A DNA stretch of 64,000 nt, from NCBI RefSeq assembly GCF_003704095.1, contig NW_020845410.1:1116001-1180000 (forward strand). Direction: 5' to 3'. Positions 35,401-48,159 of this stretch are shown here, piece after piece. Origin of the DNA: Pocillopora damicornis (taxonomy: Eukaryota). A model generated the notes under the pieces. That model was given only the letters and a program-made list of their open reading frames with translations. It searched no databases and was not told the DNA's origin. A program made the position numbers and the translations under genes. The first letter of the stretch is position 1. Each line of letters begins with the position of its first letter.

Positions 35401-37375
35401 TAGAGCTCAGAATGAGCCATAGTTAGTGAAGTCAAAGTTGTACAATGCCCTTGAAAGCAAAGTATGATATTTAGAAGGTAGGAGTATTATGAACAAAAAT
35501 GATGTGCTAAAGCAGATACCTGTCAAAGGATGGATTGCACTGGCTGCGAAAAATTGTCCATCACCACGCCAGCTGATTCTTGGTTTCCTGTCATCCCAAC
35601 TTGCAGCAGGCTTGGCAATCTGTTGTAGAATGAAATCAAAGTCAATGCAATCCTACAAATGCAGCAAAAAAGATTCAAGTGAACTTCCTACTTGAAGTAC
35701 CCTTCTGTGGATGCTAATAAAACTTCAAAGTAAAAACACTGTATGTAATTCTCTCTGTGAGATTTAAAGTACACAGGTATAAATATCACCACAAGTATAT
35801 TACACCATGTACTAAAGAAAATCACACTCACAACTTCCTGTACATCAGCGGCTGTTGGTTTGCCTTGGGACCCATGGAACTGTGTTTCTTTTTTTCCCCA
35901 ACCAACTGTGATTGGTTTTTCTGACAAGAAAATATATATATATGAATTAAGTCTTCACAGATCTGTATTTATATTCCTCTGTAAATCTAAAATTAAAAAA
36001 AAAAACCTTAACAATACTTGTAATAGTATAAAAATTAAAGATCTTTTGATAGTGAGTTGTGCCTTATTTTGGAGAGCCTGCAACAATTAATACAAAGGTG
36101 CTGTAAGCAATTTGATGACTCACCTTCACCAAACTCCTCTGAGTGAAAAGGGAACTCACAAATGGCATCAAAATCCTTTGTCATTATGATAAGAGTTTCT
36201 TCTCCTTAAAAATGTCAAAGGAAAAGTCTTCAGATTTCATAAAGATGTGTAAATGAGTTTTTGTGTGCTATATCAAAACAGTATACCAATAGAATTAATT
36301 CCTTAAAGGTCATCAACATGAATAATATTTTCCAACCTGTCATGAATACCACAAGCTCTTGATCAGGACTCCATTCCATACACCTGAGCCCATTGTCCAC
36401 ACTGCCAACACATTCAACCTGACAAAGGAACATATTGACTGAACCACATACCTGGACATGTCAAGATCCTCATCAAGGCTTAAATTTTTCAAATGATTTT
36501 TTCCTTTTTTTTCTCTTTTTTACATGATTTACTGGGAAATACTACCATCAAACTGTAATATATATTTTCTTCTCAATGATGAAAAGGTAAGTTGTGTGAG
36601 GTACAAATAATTCAAGATTTCAGTCTATCCAAAAAAAAACCTATTATAATTAACCTCCTCTTCTTCCCCTATTTCATCCCATGGCCTCTTCAACCCATCC
36701 CCTCTGATTTTAGCCATTGGGTTTGATGTTACTGGTTGATCATGAGTAGAGAGTTAGAAACTACAAAAGTATCTTGAGCGTGAACCAACACAAGCACCCC
36801 AGCCTGAGACAATGACTTGGGCAGGTCTCAAACCTAGAGCTTCAACTCACACTCCCACTTTGGGTTATTTTTGACTGTTCTTTTTTTTTTTTTGAGGGAT
36901 TTGTTCTTGACAATTACCCAAACCAGACCTCGGCTTACCTGGTCAGTAACTGTATTCCAAAGAATTACATCTCCTTTTGCAGTGGCCACACATACAGATT
37001 CCAAGTCTGGCAAGTGCTGCATTCCAATAACACAGCCACTACCATCTTCTGGCAGGTACCCATCGGATACAAGTGAAACAGAACTTACAGCCTGTAGAAT
37101 AAAAATGAAAAAAAAACTCAAAAAATGCTAATGGCTATTATACAGCAGTTATTAATAGTGGCTTCAAAAATTATCAAGGGCGAATTTTCAAAGGCAGAAT
37201 TATACGGCCTACTGCAGTGTTGTACCTGATGAGTGGAGGGCTGGACGCCTTTTATGTGAGTAGATGTTGCAGTGTAAATAACTCCACAATCACAATCCAC
37301 TGAAAAACAAAATGGGTCCTCAGTTCCTTCCAACTCCAGCACTGGAAAACTCCTCAGTAGTTCAAGATTTCTCAT
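23405..37375 (-). CDS. ELP1: Elongator complex protein 1 (IKBKAP), many exons; some central exons lost in the gap at 27117-27216
   Basis: MRNLELL start; [11 protein letters not shown]; [18 protein letters not shown]; [12 protein letters not shown]; [17 protein letters not shown]; [23 protein letters not shown]; [16 protein letters not shown]; RSSKNRRK...[12 protein letters not shown]; C-terminus [17 protein letters not shown]. All match the ELP1 family. Confidence 0.96.
24150..24240 (-). mobile_element. tRNA-derived SINE head remnant in an ELP1 intron
   Basis: The minus strand reads TAGCTTAGTGG (A-box consensus TRGCNNARYGG), then TGTTCGGCTCC (degenerate B-box). No full cloverleaf. Confidence 0.5.
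28898..29465. repeat. Minisatellite, ~20-21-bp unit (gattttagacactagtgtcc-like), about 25 degenerate copies
   Basis: ttttagacact recurs every ~20-21 nt through the interval. Confidence 0.9.
29672..29895 (-). mobile_element. Degenerate SINE-like repeat remnant
   Basis: gagagagcattgtgagagtt..gtctt..aagaacacaac..atgaccccg..ggacccagacttctcgattcagagttcaacacg resembles the antisense of a tRNA-headed cnidarian SINE as I recall it. A weakly similar stretch lies at ~36740-36845. Confidence 0.4.
31343..31582 (+). mobile_element. Family R1 repeat copy with internal insertion
   Basis: Aligns by eye to 5808-6016, with ~45 extra bp (attctcccctctagcttctacacatttccttg...) before agatgctagtcactctt. Confidence 0.75.
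32796..32992 (+). mobile_element. Family R1 repeat copy
   Basis: tattctccatactgttctctatacatttcctaggatgctggcaaggagaatttg...agatgctagt...aaagggtaa. Confidence 0.75.
33096..33232. mobile_element. Near-perfect palindromic MITE (137 bp)
   Basis: ggatcaatatcagtatttgggcaactgcccacctacccctcccct is the inverse of aggggaggggtaggtgggcagttgcccagatactgatattgatcc (one mismatch). acataaa occurs on both flanks. Confidence 0.88.
33968..34158 (-). mobile_element. Family R1 repeat copy (reverse orientation)
   Basis: aagagtgaccagcatcta...cgagaataaagga..atgatcac...aacaaattctcc...acagtggggagaatat is the reverse complement of the R1 core. Confidence 0.75.
34635..34827 (-). mobile_element. Family R1 repeat copy (reverse, degenerate)
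   Basis: tacaatatcacccctgaatcac...agaataaaagaaatgatcacc...caaattctcctt...cagtatggagattatgcatactgatgtt. Confidence 0.7.
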
Positions 37376-38042
37376 GATCTATATCCAAAGAAAAAGACTA
37401 TTCCCTTTATGACACGGGTTATGTATCATGAAATTAACTCAGCTGAGCTAGTCTGTTTCGGACACGTGCTTGGCGAAGGGTTTCTGATCGTCCTTTCCTT
37501 CGAACGAGTCAAGCGGAAATACACATAAAATGGCAGGTTATAATTTCTAGACTCTGCTTCGCCATAAATACTCAAACATTACTGATAGAGGAGTAACGAA
37601 ACCATACACAAAAGATTCACATGTGCAGAAAACAACGTCCTCATGATAAACACCGCTGGCTATCATCATCCAGAAAGACTGGAAACTACTTCCTAGTTCT
37701 CCACATTTGCAATCTAGTTCATGAGCGTTCATGTCATTTGTTGTCAAACTTCTGCGTTGTAAGATATCTCAGTATCATCTGTCCCCTTCAGCCTGATTAT
37801 AAAATCGTACAGGTTTGGGCAAAACAATTTGGTTTATTTAAATAGTGAAAATAATTTCGCGGCGATGTTTTTGAGCCCGCCATATTTGCGTGTGTGTCGC
37901 TATTGACTGAGCCCGCGAATTTACGGACGTTGATTATCATGGCGACGGAATCCAGCAATTGAAAAGGCGCTAAATTTCATCTGCTGGTATTCGCACATAG
38001 GCTAACTGACACGCTTCCATCAATTTTGGTCAGGAAAGTTTA
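37376..38042. promoter_or_regulatory. Probable bidirectional promoter region for ELP1 and LRRC28
   Basis: Divergent ATGs are 668 bp apart. CpG-richer patch at ~37855-37975 with YY1-like cgccatatt (~37878) and atggcg (~37939). Confidence 0.55.
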
Positions 38043-41000
38043 ATGTGTGAGTCTGTAAATGAAGAAATTTGGGAAGCTCAGTCCAAAGGACATACCAATC
38101 TCTACTTGAATTATCGTAAGCTTAGCGAGTTGCCTGAGGAACTTCTTAATTTGTCCAGGATAAAGAAACTTTACCTCAAACAAAATGTTCTGACCAAGCT
38201 GGTAAGAAACCATAAATAGGCTTAATAAAACATTTGAAAAACTATTTCCTCATGAATTTATCGCATTGCTTTTTACACTTTAGCCTGCAGATATCTGGAA
38301 GCTTGAAAATCTGGTAGAGCTGTAAGTAAACTTTATGTGAAGATCGTTTTTAAGTTAATGAGCAAATACTCTCATTTAAGTAAATCAGCTTTTGAGGTTT
38401 CCCTTTGCTCCATAAAGTAACCCACTTTCCTTGAGTTTGCTAACTTTGACTCAGATCAACTGGGTCAGTACAGGTCTTTGAACAAGTTAAGTGGGTTGGT
38501 GTACTGTGGTATATTTTATAGACTTCTCTATTGTGATTATGACCCATTTAAAAATGGCTTTGGCACATATTTAAACTGGAGGTTAGAGAATTAAGATGCT
38601 TGCAGGGTTAAGAAGTGGTTCTAATAGCAACAAACTAATTTAAAGGTGGTATTGAATTAATCTGATTTATGATGCTTTTCTTTTTGCAGATATATACATT
38701 CTAATTACCTTCATCACCTTCCAGATGGTAAATAATTCTTGCCAGCCTTTTCATGATTATAAAATATTGAAAATGTGAACTTCACCAATTTTTTCTTTTC
38801 ATAATTCTATAGTGGTAATCTTTTGAAAATTACCAGTTAACCATGCAAAGAACTCCATGCTACACTAGCATTAATTATTAAGGTTAATCTAAAGTCAGTC
38901 TCTTATTCAAACTTAACTTTACCTCCACTTTAGTTTTGCACATTTTTAATGAGGCTTTTATCAAAAACATTTTATGAGATTTTCAGAGATTTATGCTATT
39001 CAGCTGAGATTCTGAGACAAGGCAATTTAAAGATACTGGTGTTCATGCATGGGAGTCTGATGAAAATGTGTTATTCTGGCTTGTAGAGATTGGAAAACTT
39101 CAAGTGCTTGAAAAATTAAATGTCAGTTTCAACCACCTTAAGATCCTGACGCCAGCTGTCAGTCAGCTGAAATCACTGACTTCCCTTGAACTTGCCAACA
39201 ATCAGTTGACATTTTTACCTAAAGGTAGGCTTGTTATTTTAGTCAGAAGAACATTGTTGTTTATATTTTTTGATGATTAGATTTAGCCCTGACCAGGCAG
39301 GCCTTTTTACTTTTAAGATGTGCTTGATTGCTTCATTGTCAAGGAAAAGTGATGAATTACAATAACAAATCACACTGATTCTTTGGTTGTTTGTAGAGCT
39401 TGGAAATCTCACCAATTTGAGAGATCTCAATGTCATGAACAACAAGCTTGAGTGGTTACCATGGCAACTGTGTAACTGTTCATCTCTCAAGATTCTGTCA
39501 TTTGATGGGAATGCAGTTCAGAAGATTCCACATCAATTAATGACACATCAAGGACTGGCTGAACTGTATGCAAGTGGAAATAATTTGTGTACTTTGCCTC
39601 AAGGTAAGCTTTTAGCATCCCTAAATCCACATACCTGTAGATAATTCAAGTTTGGCTATGTTTAACTGCTAAAGAGAAATTCATAGTACTGCCAAGAAGA
39701 AAGTTTTTTTTCCTTCAAGTTCAGTGGATGATACATAAATAGATCTTCATGATTCGGAATTTTACTTGTGTTGTGACTTTGCAGATTTGAATAAACTCTC
39801 ATCGCTGGAGTCACTGATACTGGATCACAATACCAAACTTCAGCTGTTACCAGCAACACTATTGAAAATGAAGGATTTAAAAATGATTGGCTTGAGTGGT
39901 TGGTATGTGTTTCAAATCTGAAACAAATTTACCCTGATAACCTTCTGTGATGGTCCACATTATTGTAAATTATGGCCATGAAGAACTTATTCACTCAAAG
40001 AGTGGTGTAAGGAAAAAGTTACAAAATTATGTGATAAAAAATGTCATTTACATTAGTTAATTGATCACTTTCTTATTTCAAATTGTCTCTGTTGCCAATT
40101 CTGGGTGGAAAAATCCAAAGGAGTACTGAACAGTAGTTGCAGACCCCTTTATACAGCAAGCTGGAAGTTCTCTTCTCACATTTTATTTTAGACTTAGAGA
40201 TGGGACATAAATTTGAGTAACATTCTCTCTTGATTACTTAGTGCCACTAAGGAGCTGGCCAGACTGCCAGGGAGAGATTCTAAAGGTGAGAATTTAAGTC
40301 TAAGCAGTATCATTTTAATTACATTCCTTTGTAAAGGTGCTACCAATTCATTGAAGATTATTATATTCCAAGTTTTGGGAGACTGTTACAACTAATATGT
40401 TTTACAGTTGCAATATATTTTTTCGACAGAATTGGTGGAGGTGTTGAATTTAAGGAATATTCTTCAAGGGAGCAGTGGAAGAATCCTTCCTCTCCTTGAG
40501 TTGTGCTTCAGAAAAGTGCACTGCTTTGGTGAGTATATCTTATTGTCTTTAGTTTGATTGTTGTTGTGACTTACAATTAAAAGTTTTGCTTAATTGAAAT
40601 GTACTCGATTTCTGGCATTGAATTAAATATGAAACTTTGGAGTACTTGGCCTGGCAAGATTACCCAGTGGGTAAGTCAGAATTTTTAGGTAATGTACAAA
40701 CTACCAAAAATTTTCCAGAAAGGTGGAAAAGTGTGGTAGTCATATTAATGACATAAAAATAAGGAGTTGCAAAAGGTCACGCAAATCAAAAGACAAATAT
40801 GATCAGTGCAGAAAAATGTGCATTTTTGTTGTTCTCTGCAGAGTGCTCACACAATTAACCAAATGTGTTCAAGAGTTTTTTTAGATCCTACACTGTAGGA
40901 CCGAAAATATAATTTTTAATTGCGATACGCACGATTAACGCAGCGTTTTTTGTACACCAACTTTTTAAATTATTTAGATTATTGTAACATATAGTTTTTT

Positions 41001-41462
41001 AGTGTGCCTATAACATCATGGTCAGGTATTGAATAGTTTTGCACTTTATTCCCACAAACCAATGCTTCTGCAGATCTTCTGGTGATCTCTGTATTTGTAA
41101 TTCTTATTGGTAAATTAAGATCGTGTTTTTGTGACTGAAAACTTGTTACTTCTAAAGACTTCCGTTACCATGGTTATTTCCTTTGCATAGTTCGGTCAGT
41201 CAGTGTTGAAAAACTTTCGTCCCTTGAGCTACCATCCCACGTGACCACGCTACTGGCTGCGCCCACAGGACACTGTTTCGTTTGTGACAGTTCTTACTTC
41301 ACAGCGGTATTCCTCCAGGAAGAAAGCGCAAACACAGCATTGCGTATTACCAGCGCCGAAATCTTCCTAGGATTGCGTGACACTACGTGTTCATTTGCCT
41401 TTTGTTGCTGCTCGAGGAGCTGTTTGGATGAAGTGAGCAGATTGCATGATATTCCTGATTAG
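38043..41462 (+). CDS. LRRC28: Leucine-rich repeat-containing protein 28
   Basis: Exons approx. 38043-38201, 38284-38321, 38690-38727, 39087-39224, 39397-39603, 39785-39902, 40242-40284, 40430-40528 and 41191-41462. HTNLYLNYRKL, LENLVELYIHSN, LANNQLTFLP, PTGHCFVC and FAFCCCSRSCL match LRRC28 (HKNLFLNYRNL; LVELYLHSN; PLGHCHRC; VAYCCSTQCL). Confidence 0.88.
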
Positions 41463-41829
41463 GGAACAGAATAATTTGCAGATGTCCTGTTAGAACGGGC
41501 TTATATTTTCATAGGGAAAATACAGTAATTTCCACGAGTTAACATGGTGATCTAAAGTCTGTCTTCATACGTTGTTGTAGACAAGAGTTCCACTGAAATA
41601 CTTCATCGAAGTGTTGCCCCCAATGTAATTGAAGATACACATAGGAACTCTAGTAAAGTGACCGTTTGGGCTGAAAGGAAAACAAAAGGATTACGTAAAA
41701 CTCCCAGAGTGTAATGAAAGAAGTCTTTGATACATCGATCATGGGATTGTCATGTCTTACCTCTGTGGTAAAGGAATTCCCAGGCTGAGGAATTCCTAAT
41801 AATGTGAAGAGTAATGAAGTGATATTTTG

Positions 41830-41998
41830 TACACTCGAAGGGGTATTTCTAGTAGTGCAAGGGGTATTTTTTACTGTTCTAGGGGTCTTTCTTAAAGCCC
41901 TAATGGTATTCTTTGCGTTATAGGGCATTATGTTTTTTTTTGTTTTTTTTGTTTTTTTTGCGGTTCTAGAAGTATTTCTTGCATTCCTTGAGGTATTT
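41830..41998. repeat. Degenerate 21-bp tandem repeat (..aggggtatttctt..) interrupted by poly-T
   Basis: ggggtatttc, ggggtatttt, ggggtctttc and tggtattctt recur at 21-nt spacing. Confidence 0.55.
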
Positions 41999-42890
41999 TA
42001 TTCAGAAAACTATAAAATCGCCCAATATCCAGATTAACTGATTCGTATGTGAGGCTGAGTTTGTTTCATTAACAATTTAGGCGTCAAATTGTTCATTTTG
42101 AACAAAAAAGGTATTTGTCGAAGGAATTACTCCTTCCGATTGTTTCTCAATAAACTTCGAATGTCATTAGTATGCTGGTAATTTTGTTTAAATAATAATT
42201 TTTTCAGTTGACACACTTCGACATGTACGTGCAATTTGTCAAATTTACTCTGTTCGGATTCATCTGCTTATGGCCATTGTTAACTACGTAATTTGTCATG
42301 AACAGAAATAGCCTTTTTAGTGACTCCGTGGATTCAGCTGCTAGGACTACAAATTCATCATAGGGAACTCAAGGTACTTGGAAATTAAAGCTTCATTCAC
42401 AGAGTAATGTTGATTCGAACTGTTTGAGGGAAATTGCCAAAGAGACATGGTTGTGATTGTAATTGGAATTGATAATTAATCTGCCAGTTGTTATAATCTG
42501 ATACAAACAGCAATACTCCGTGCCCTTATCTCAGTCTCTATTCAAAATGGTTTTTTTGATGCGCTCGTACATATATTTGAACAAGCACATCATTCTGTCT
42601 CTAATTAACACTTTCAGACAGTGTACAAGCGGTCATAAGAATTATAAATTCTGTATAAGATGAATTTTTTTACGCAAGGGTTTTGTTTCCATACAAAAGA
42701 AAGTACTTAAACCACAGGAGGTAAATTGTTCTTCATGTAGTTTTCATGTTCATTGTTCCAAGTGAATGGTTTTTCGTTCAAAGCAAGGCAGTCATTTTCA
42801 AAACTCTTTAGTGTTGTTTCGTAACTTGCCGACTTAACTTGTGGCGCTGTAACTCGTCGAAAACTTTTTTCCTTTTGCAATTAACACACA

Positions 42891-44126
42891 ATGAACGATA
42901 GTGAAGACAACGGCGTAGATGACCGCTCCTCGCTGTCTGAGGAAGAATACGTGGCTGGATATCAGATGTACGATATATTTCTGAACGCTGCCATTGCGGT
43001 TCGACTTCTCTTGGCCTTCCTGGGTGTCATTGCTAACTGTACTGTATGTGGTGTTCTTCTCCGACAGAAAAGATTAACGAAGAACTTTTCGAACTTTCAC
43101 CTCTTCAATATTGCATTAACTGATATAGTTTTTAGAGTAGCTCTTACGCCAGTGCTTGCTACCATTGAAAACACTGCTGTTGAACATGGCAACAACGCAA
43201 TTTGCAAGCTGGGCGCGTTTTCCTCCTACACCACATTGGCCGTAACATTCGCGCTGCTTTTAGGAATGGCTTTCGATCGCTATGTACATATTGTTCTTCC
43301 TATTAAGGCAAGGAAAATCACATGGAAACACAGCCGAAATGTTGTGGTGATTTCATGGCTGTACGCGGCACTTTGTTCATCGCCAATCCTGTTCAGTATG
43401 AAATACACTAAATTGGATTGGAATCTGACGGACAGGTCAGTATACGAGATATGTCTTCCCATTTTGGGCATTCCATCTCAAGTTTCCTCCACTGTGTTTC
43501 TCGTGTTTGCATTTTTAATCCCTTTAGTTCTTATGGCTGTGGCATACAGCAAGGTTTTGAAAAGTCTCTGGCAGCACGCGCGAAGTAAAGTGATCAATTC
43601 AAAACTAGCCGAAGCAAAGGTTCGAGCCGTTAAAATGATGGTCATTATTGTATTGGCTTATTCCATCAGCTGGGGTCCACGACTGATTTGGCTTTGCCTT
43701 CAAGCTTTCGAGGTTATTTCTCTGGAAGACGATTATTTCTGGGAGGGAGAAGAAATTTCCTACGAATCCCAAATAGAAGCGCAGAAATACTACATAAAGT
43801 TACTAATCATTGACGATATCATAGATGCGTTTACATTTACAAGTTCGATTCTTAATCCCGTAATCTTTGGTTATTACAGTAAGTCTTTTCGAGAAGATCT
43901 CAAGAAATGTTGTTGTGGAGGAAAGTGTTTTAACATTTTTCAAAAATGCAAGCACAAGGCAAAAAAACCGAAAAAAGTTGAAAAGAAAACTGTCCGTTTA
44001 GTTGAAATAATGAAAACTACCGAAATTGTCTTGATGGAAGAAGACAACACGAGAGCTGTTGGAAATAGTTACTCGTTAGAAAACGGAGCAGTAATTACAG
44101 AAGATTGTCTAGAAACGAAGTTGTAA
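42891..44126 (+). CDS. Class A (rhodopsin-like) GPCR, neuropeptide-receptor-like, intronless, 411 aa
   Basis: Seven hydrophobic segments, TM1 N, TM2 IALTD, CK at the top of TM3, FDRY, SWGP in TM6, NPVIF in TM7, helix-8 FR and CCC. Confidence 0.93.
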   Translation: MNDSEDNGVDDRSSLSEEEYVAGYQMYDIFLNAAIAVRLLLAFLGVIANCTVCGVLLRQKRLTKNFSNFHLFNIALTDIVFRVALTPVLATIENTAVEHGNNAICKLGAFSSYTTLAVTFALLLGMAFDRYVHIVLPIKARKITWKHSRNVVVISWLYAALCSSPILFSMKYTKLDWNLTDRSVYEICLPILGIPSQVSSTVFLVFAFLIPLVLMAVAYSKVLKSLWQHARSKVINSKLAEAKVRAVKMMVIIVLAYSISWGPRLIWLCLQAFEVISLEDDYFWEGEEISYESQIEAQKYYIKLLIIDDIIDAFTFTSSILNPVIFGYYSKSFREDLKKCCCGGKCFNIFQKCKHKAKKPKKVEKKTVRLVEIMKTTEIVLMEEDNTRAVGNSYSLENGAVITEDCLETKL

Positions 44127-45664
44127 AATGCGAAAGATATTGTGTTTATGAAAAATGTAATTGTGCGGTCTGTTTGAAGAACGTTAACTGGCGATCATTG
44201 TTTAATTTATACGCAGCGCAGGCTGTTTAAGCCGCAGGCAGGCTTTTAATGACATTTTAATCACATTTGAATTATGCATTAGTTAAAGAGGTAGGTAGCG
44301 AACACTTACCTCAGAAGTAATCATCACGATTAGATAATTGAAAATCGAAAAAATAAAGTTTTTAGTAGAAAAGTGGTAGTAAACGACTGAAGATGTACCT
44401 CAAGGGACATGTACCGAATCAAGTTACTGTTGTGTTCGAGTAAGCCACGGATTTCCTAAGGTTTCCCGCGAAACTGATCCGGGCGGGCTTCGCCGCTCGT
44501 GCCTAAGCTTAAATAAGAGCGTGCTCACATACTGAATTCTAGTTTTGTTTTCTGTCAATAATCAATCGAGAAACGACTCAGTGATGCCAATTGTTGAATT
44601 TTACTATTGTCAGCTTGAAGAGACCCGTTTAGTGTAAGAGGATCAGGAGTGGCCCCTTTTTTCTTAGACGCTTTCATCACTAAAACCGACAATCTCCTAG
44701 AAATTTATGCCAAGTGCGAAGGTCATGTGAACGAGGACATGTTGGAGAAGAATTTTGTATTTGAATTAAAGTACTGTGGGTGAACTTTGTACATGTAGAA
44801 TTATTTTTGGAAACCAATTGTGCAAGTAGTGCGAGATCACCAAATTTGCGGCTTAATCTCAGAACGGGAGCGCTGACGTGAAATAATTCACGCTTCCAAT
44901 GGAAGCTTGACGTTAGCCATGGGAGTGTTGCCTTCAGCCAGCGCACAGAGTAGATACCGTAAATATTTTGAACCCGGGGGTAACATTTGATCGTGTAGTT
45001 TGTTCGTTCGGGTGAGGGTAGTCTTGAGAAGGGCCGTTGTTGGTATTAATGACTGACGTTACAACTGCCCAGACGGAAGTAATCATTTGATACCGTAAAG
45101 GGAACATTAAGCTGGAACGCTAAGACCTCAACGTTCGCGATCCACACTCGAATTAGCTCTCCCCTCCCCCGTCTCCTCTTCATTTCGGCGCCAGCCACCC
45201 AGGCTATCACATGTTATTAAATGAAAGTCAGACAAATGTTAGTTTATTTTTCCAATCGACGTTTTCTTAGGCGTTGTATACTTCTTCTCTCGAAATAGTT
45301 TTATCAGTTTAAAACTGAAATTATTTGATGCATCGATACCGCCACAACTTTCGTTTGTTCCTTTTGTGCTAAAATAATATGCATTGTTTTAATCATTCTT
45401 TATGACATGCTTGGTTACCACAGCGATACTATAGCTCCTTAGAAGCGCCTTTAATTTTAGTGCTATGTATTCATAACTAAAAAAACGAGTTCTTTGACCC
45501 ACATATTTTAAATTGCAATCAGCGTATTAAAAATTCATTTTNNNNNNNNNNNNNNNNNNNNNNNNNNNNNNNNNNNNNNNNNNNNNNNNNNNNNNNNNNN
45601 NNNNNNNNNNNNNNNNNNNNNNNNNNNNNNNNNNNNNNNNNAGTTCGCAGCCTAACTGCGCGGC

Positions 45665-46768
45665 CTACGTCGTGGTATCACGAGTTTGCTCGGCTAAAGG
45701 CATAACGATGTGTTTACGTTTCCCAAAAAATTTCGCGCCTTTCATTCTACGAAAAATGTTGTATACTTCCTCTTTAAAGCTAGAGTTGTAAAAGCTAAAT
45801 ATCAGGGGGTTTAAAATGGAACTCATCAAAGACAACGTGTCAGATATGCCCTCAAATAATTGTAATGACTCATATAGTTCCTCGTTATCTGACTCTAATT
45901 CTGTCGAGCCTTCTCCCTCAACTTCCTCAGAATTTCTTCCCTCGAGAGAAAAAACTATCACAGTTCTAACAATAAGATATGGACCCCAGGTAATGAAATA
46001 TGTAAGGACAATCAACACCATCATTTTGACGACTCGAAGTTTGGTCTTGATCATGTTTTTGTTAGATATCTTGGAACGATCCCGACGCCATAGGACAATC
46101 ACAATTCTACTGTAAACAAATCCAATGAAAACCAAGGGAACGATGAACGCACCAAAAAGGAATACAGCTAAGGAAATCTGAAACGATAGGCCATGTTTGT
46201 CGACGCAGTTCCCAAATTTGTCCATAGTTTCCTCGTTTACTTCAACAGTCCACACTGTGCTGCTCAAAAATGGCGCAGACAAAAGCCCTCCGCAAACCCA
46301 CGAGAGTACCATCACATTTCTACTGTGTTTCCATGTAATTGTCCTGGCCCTAAACGGATGAACAATGTGAATGTATCGATCAAATGATATTCCGGCCAGA
46401 ATAGCAAATGTTACCGCCAAAGTAGTGTGTCTACTGAAGTCGATCAATTTACATATGAAGTCGCTCCCGCCAATAATTTCTCCTGGCAGCAATTCCGGAA
46501 CAGAAACGGCTCGAAAGAGAATATCTGTAATGGCCAGATTCAATAAATGAAAGTTGGAAAAGCTTTTAAAACATTTCCTCTTCTTGCGAATCAATATCCA
46601 ACAGACAAAAACGTTTTCCAAAACTCCACACAGCACTAAAACCAAACCAAGCACAAAATGTAGACCATATTGGTTTCTATTTTGGTCGACGAGCTCTTCA
46701 TGGCCACTTGATGTTCTTCCATCGTCAAATTCGGTGAAATTTAAGTCGTCTTCATCTTTCCAATCCAT
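45665..46768 (-). CDS. Class A GPCR paralog, intronless, ~367 aa
   Basis: ATG at 46768 (MDWKDEDD). FSNFHLLNLAITD, FDRY, ITWKHSRNV, TWGP and NPLIF are shared with the 42891 gene. Confidence 0.92.
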   Translation of the reverse strand: MDWKDEDDLNFTEFDDGRTSSGHEELVDQNRNQYGLHFVLGLVLVLCGVLENVFVCWILIRKKRKCFKSFSNFHLLNLAITDILFRAVSVPELLPGEIIGGSDFICKLIDFSRHTTLAVTFAILAGISFDRYIHIVHPFRARTITWKHSRNVMVLSWVCGGLLSAPFLSSTVWTVEVNEETMDKFGNCVDKHGLSFQISLAVFLFGAFIVPLVFIGFVYSRIVIVLWRRDRSKISNKNMIKTKLRVVKMMVLIVLTYFITWGPYLIVRTVIVFSLEGRNSEEVEGEGSTELESDNEELYESLQLFEGISDTLSLMSSILNPLIFSFYNSSFKEEVYNIFRRMKGAKFFGKRKHIVMPLAEQTRDTTT

Positions 46769-48159
46769 CTCAACAAACTTAATGATAAAATGAAGCAACA
46801 GGGCTAGAAGGTTAACAGAAGAAGTGAATTTTTTTCCCTGTGGATAAGCTTTTGTCTTCAACCTCGGCAATCTCCAAGCTGAATATGGCGTTTCAGTATT
46901 AAGAGAGTGTCTCTGTAAGAGCGGTTCGGTCGACGACGCGAAGCGGAGTGGTTTCCAGCTTATCAAGTGTTTACATCAGGCTATGTAAACACGGAAACCA
47001 TTTTTTCATTTCTTTTATAAAATAACTAATGAAAGAGGAACGAAAACCGTGATTACATACGCTCATGTAAAATGGTTTTATGGCCAATCAGAGCGCGCGT
47101 ACTGCATATGTCTCAGGACATTCAAAAGCTGTTTGGAGTTATTATTCCAGTTGAATCTGGTAATCTTCAGTAACATTTTCTGTTATATATTTTTGTCACG
47201 TGACATATTTGCTCGAAAAGAGAAGAAATTATTTATTAGATATAGCCGCAAACGCTAATCACACGTATTTCAAACTTTACTAGAACAAACTTGACACATT
47301 GTTGACTACGGTAACTGAAAATGACAAAATTAAAAACACGCGAATGAGCATAAAATAACTTACATCGTATGAGTGAAAGTACTGGAAAACGACAAAGCGA
47401 GATAAACAAGGATACTTACAAGACGAATGTGACCAACCCAAAGACGAAAACATGAAACCCAGAGCTAGATATGTAACGGTAATTTTCACAAACTAGACAA
47501 CTAACCAAATAAATTACGCGCAACCAATATATATACGATATGCAAATAAATATAACAAGTACAAAACTGGTAACTGACAAAGGACACTAATGGAAGACGA
47601 GAAAATAAACGCCTAACACGAAACTATGAAACACCAACACTAACAAAAAATGATAGTACAAGTTCTTGCGCCTACATTAGATGAAGGGTACTTAAGTGCA
47701 CATCACGTTGAAAAAACATGGATCTATGTGTAAGTGATTTTAATTGCAGATGGAAATATGTACAATGTTGCTTGGTTGATAATCAATAATGTGTTTGTAA
47801 AAGGTTAAATCACCTGACAACGCAATACACTTATTCATGCGCACGGTTCACAATTATTTGCGGTCAGTTTTCCTCATGCGATCAGTTTGTATGATTCTCA
47901 TTAACCAGTATGATTAAATTTGCAGACTAAAACACTCCTTATTTGATTAAGAATAATAAAAGTAAACAGTGCATCACGGTTTTCAATTCCNNNNNNNNNN
48001 NNNNNNNNNNNNNNNNNNNNNNNNNNNNNNNNNNNNNNNNNNNNNNNNNNNNNNNNNNNNNNNNNNNNNNNNNNNNNNNNNNNNNNNNNNTTAATTGTTC
48101 CTTTCAATTTACACAGGTTTTTAGCATAATGTATATTTTTCTCCCTAAAAAGAAAAGGT

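Noticed and set aside
41650-41928. 92-aa ORF with 7-aa periodicity (KTP/NTP repeats)
   Set aside because: By-product of the 21-bp tandem repeat downstream of LRRC28; no other coding evidence.
46769-46966. 66-aa N-terminal extension of the second GPCR in the ORF track
   Set aside because: Starts at a non-ATG codon; the ATG at 46768 gives an N-terminus comparable to its paralogs.
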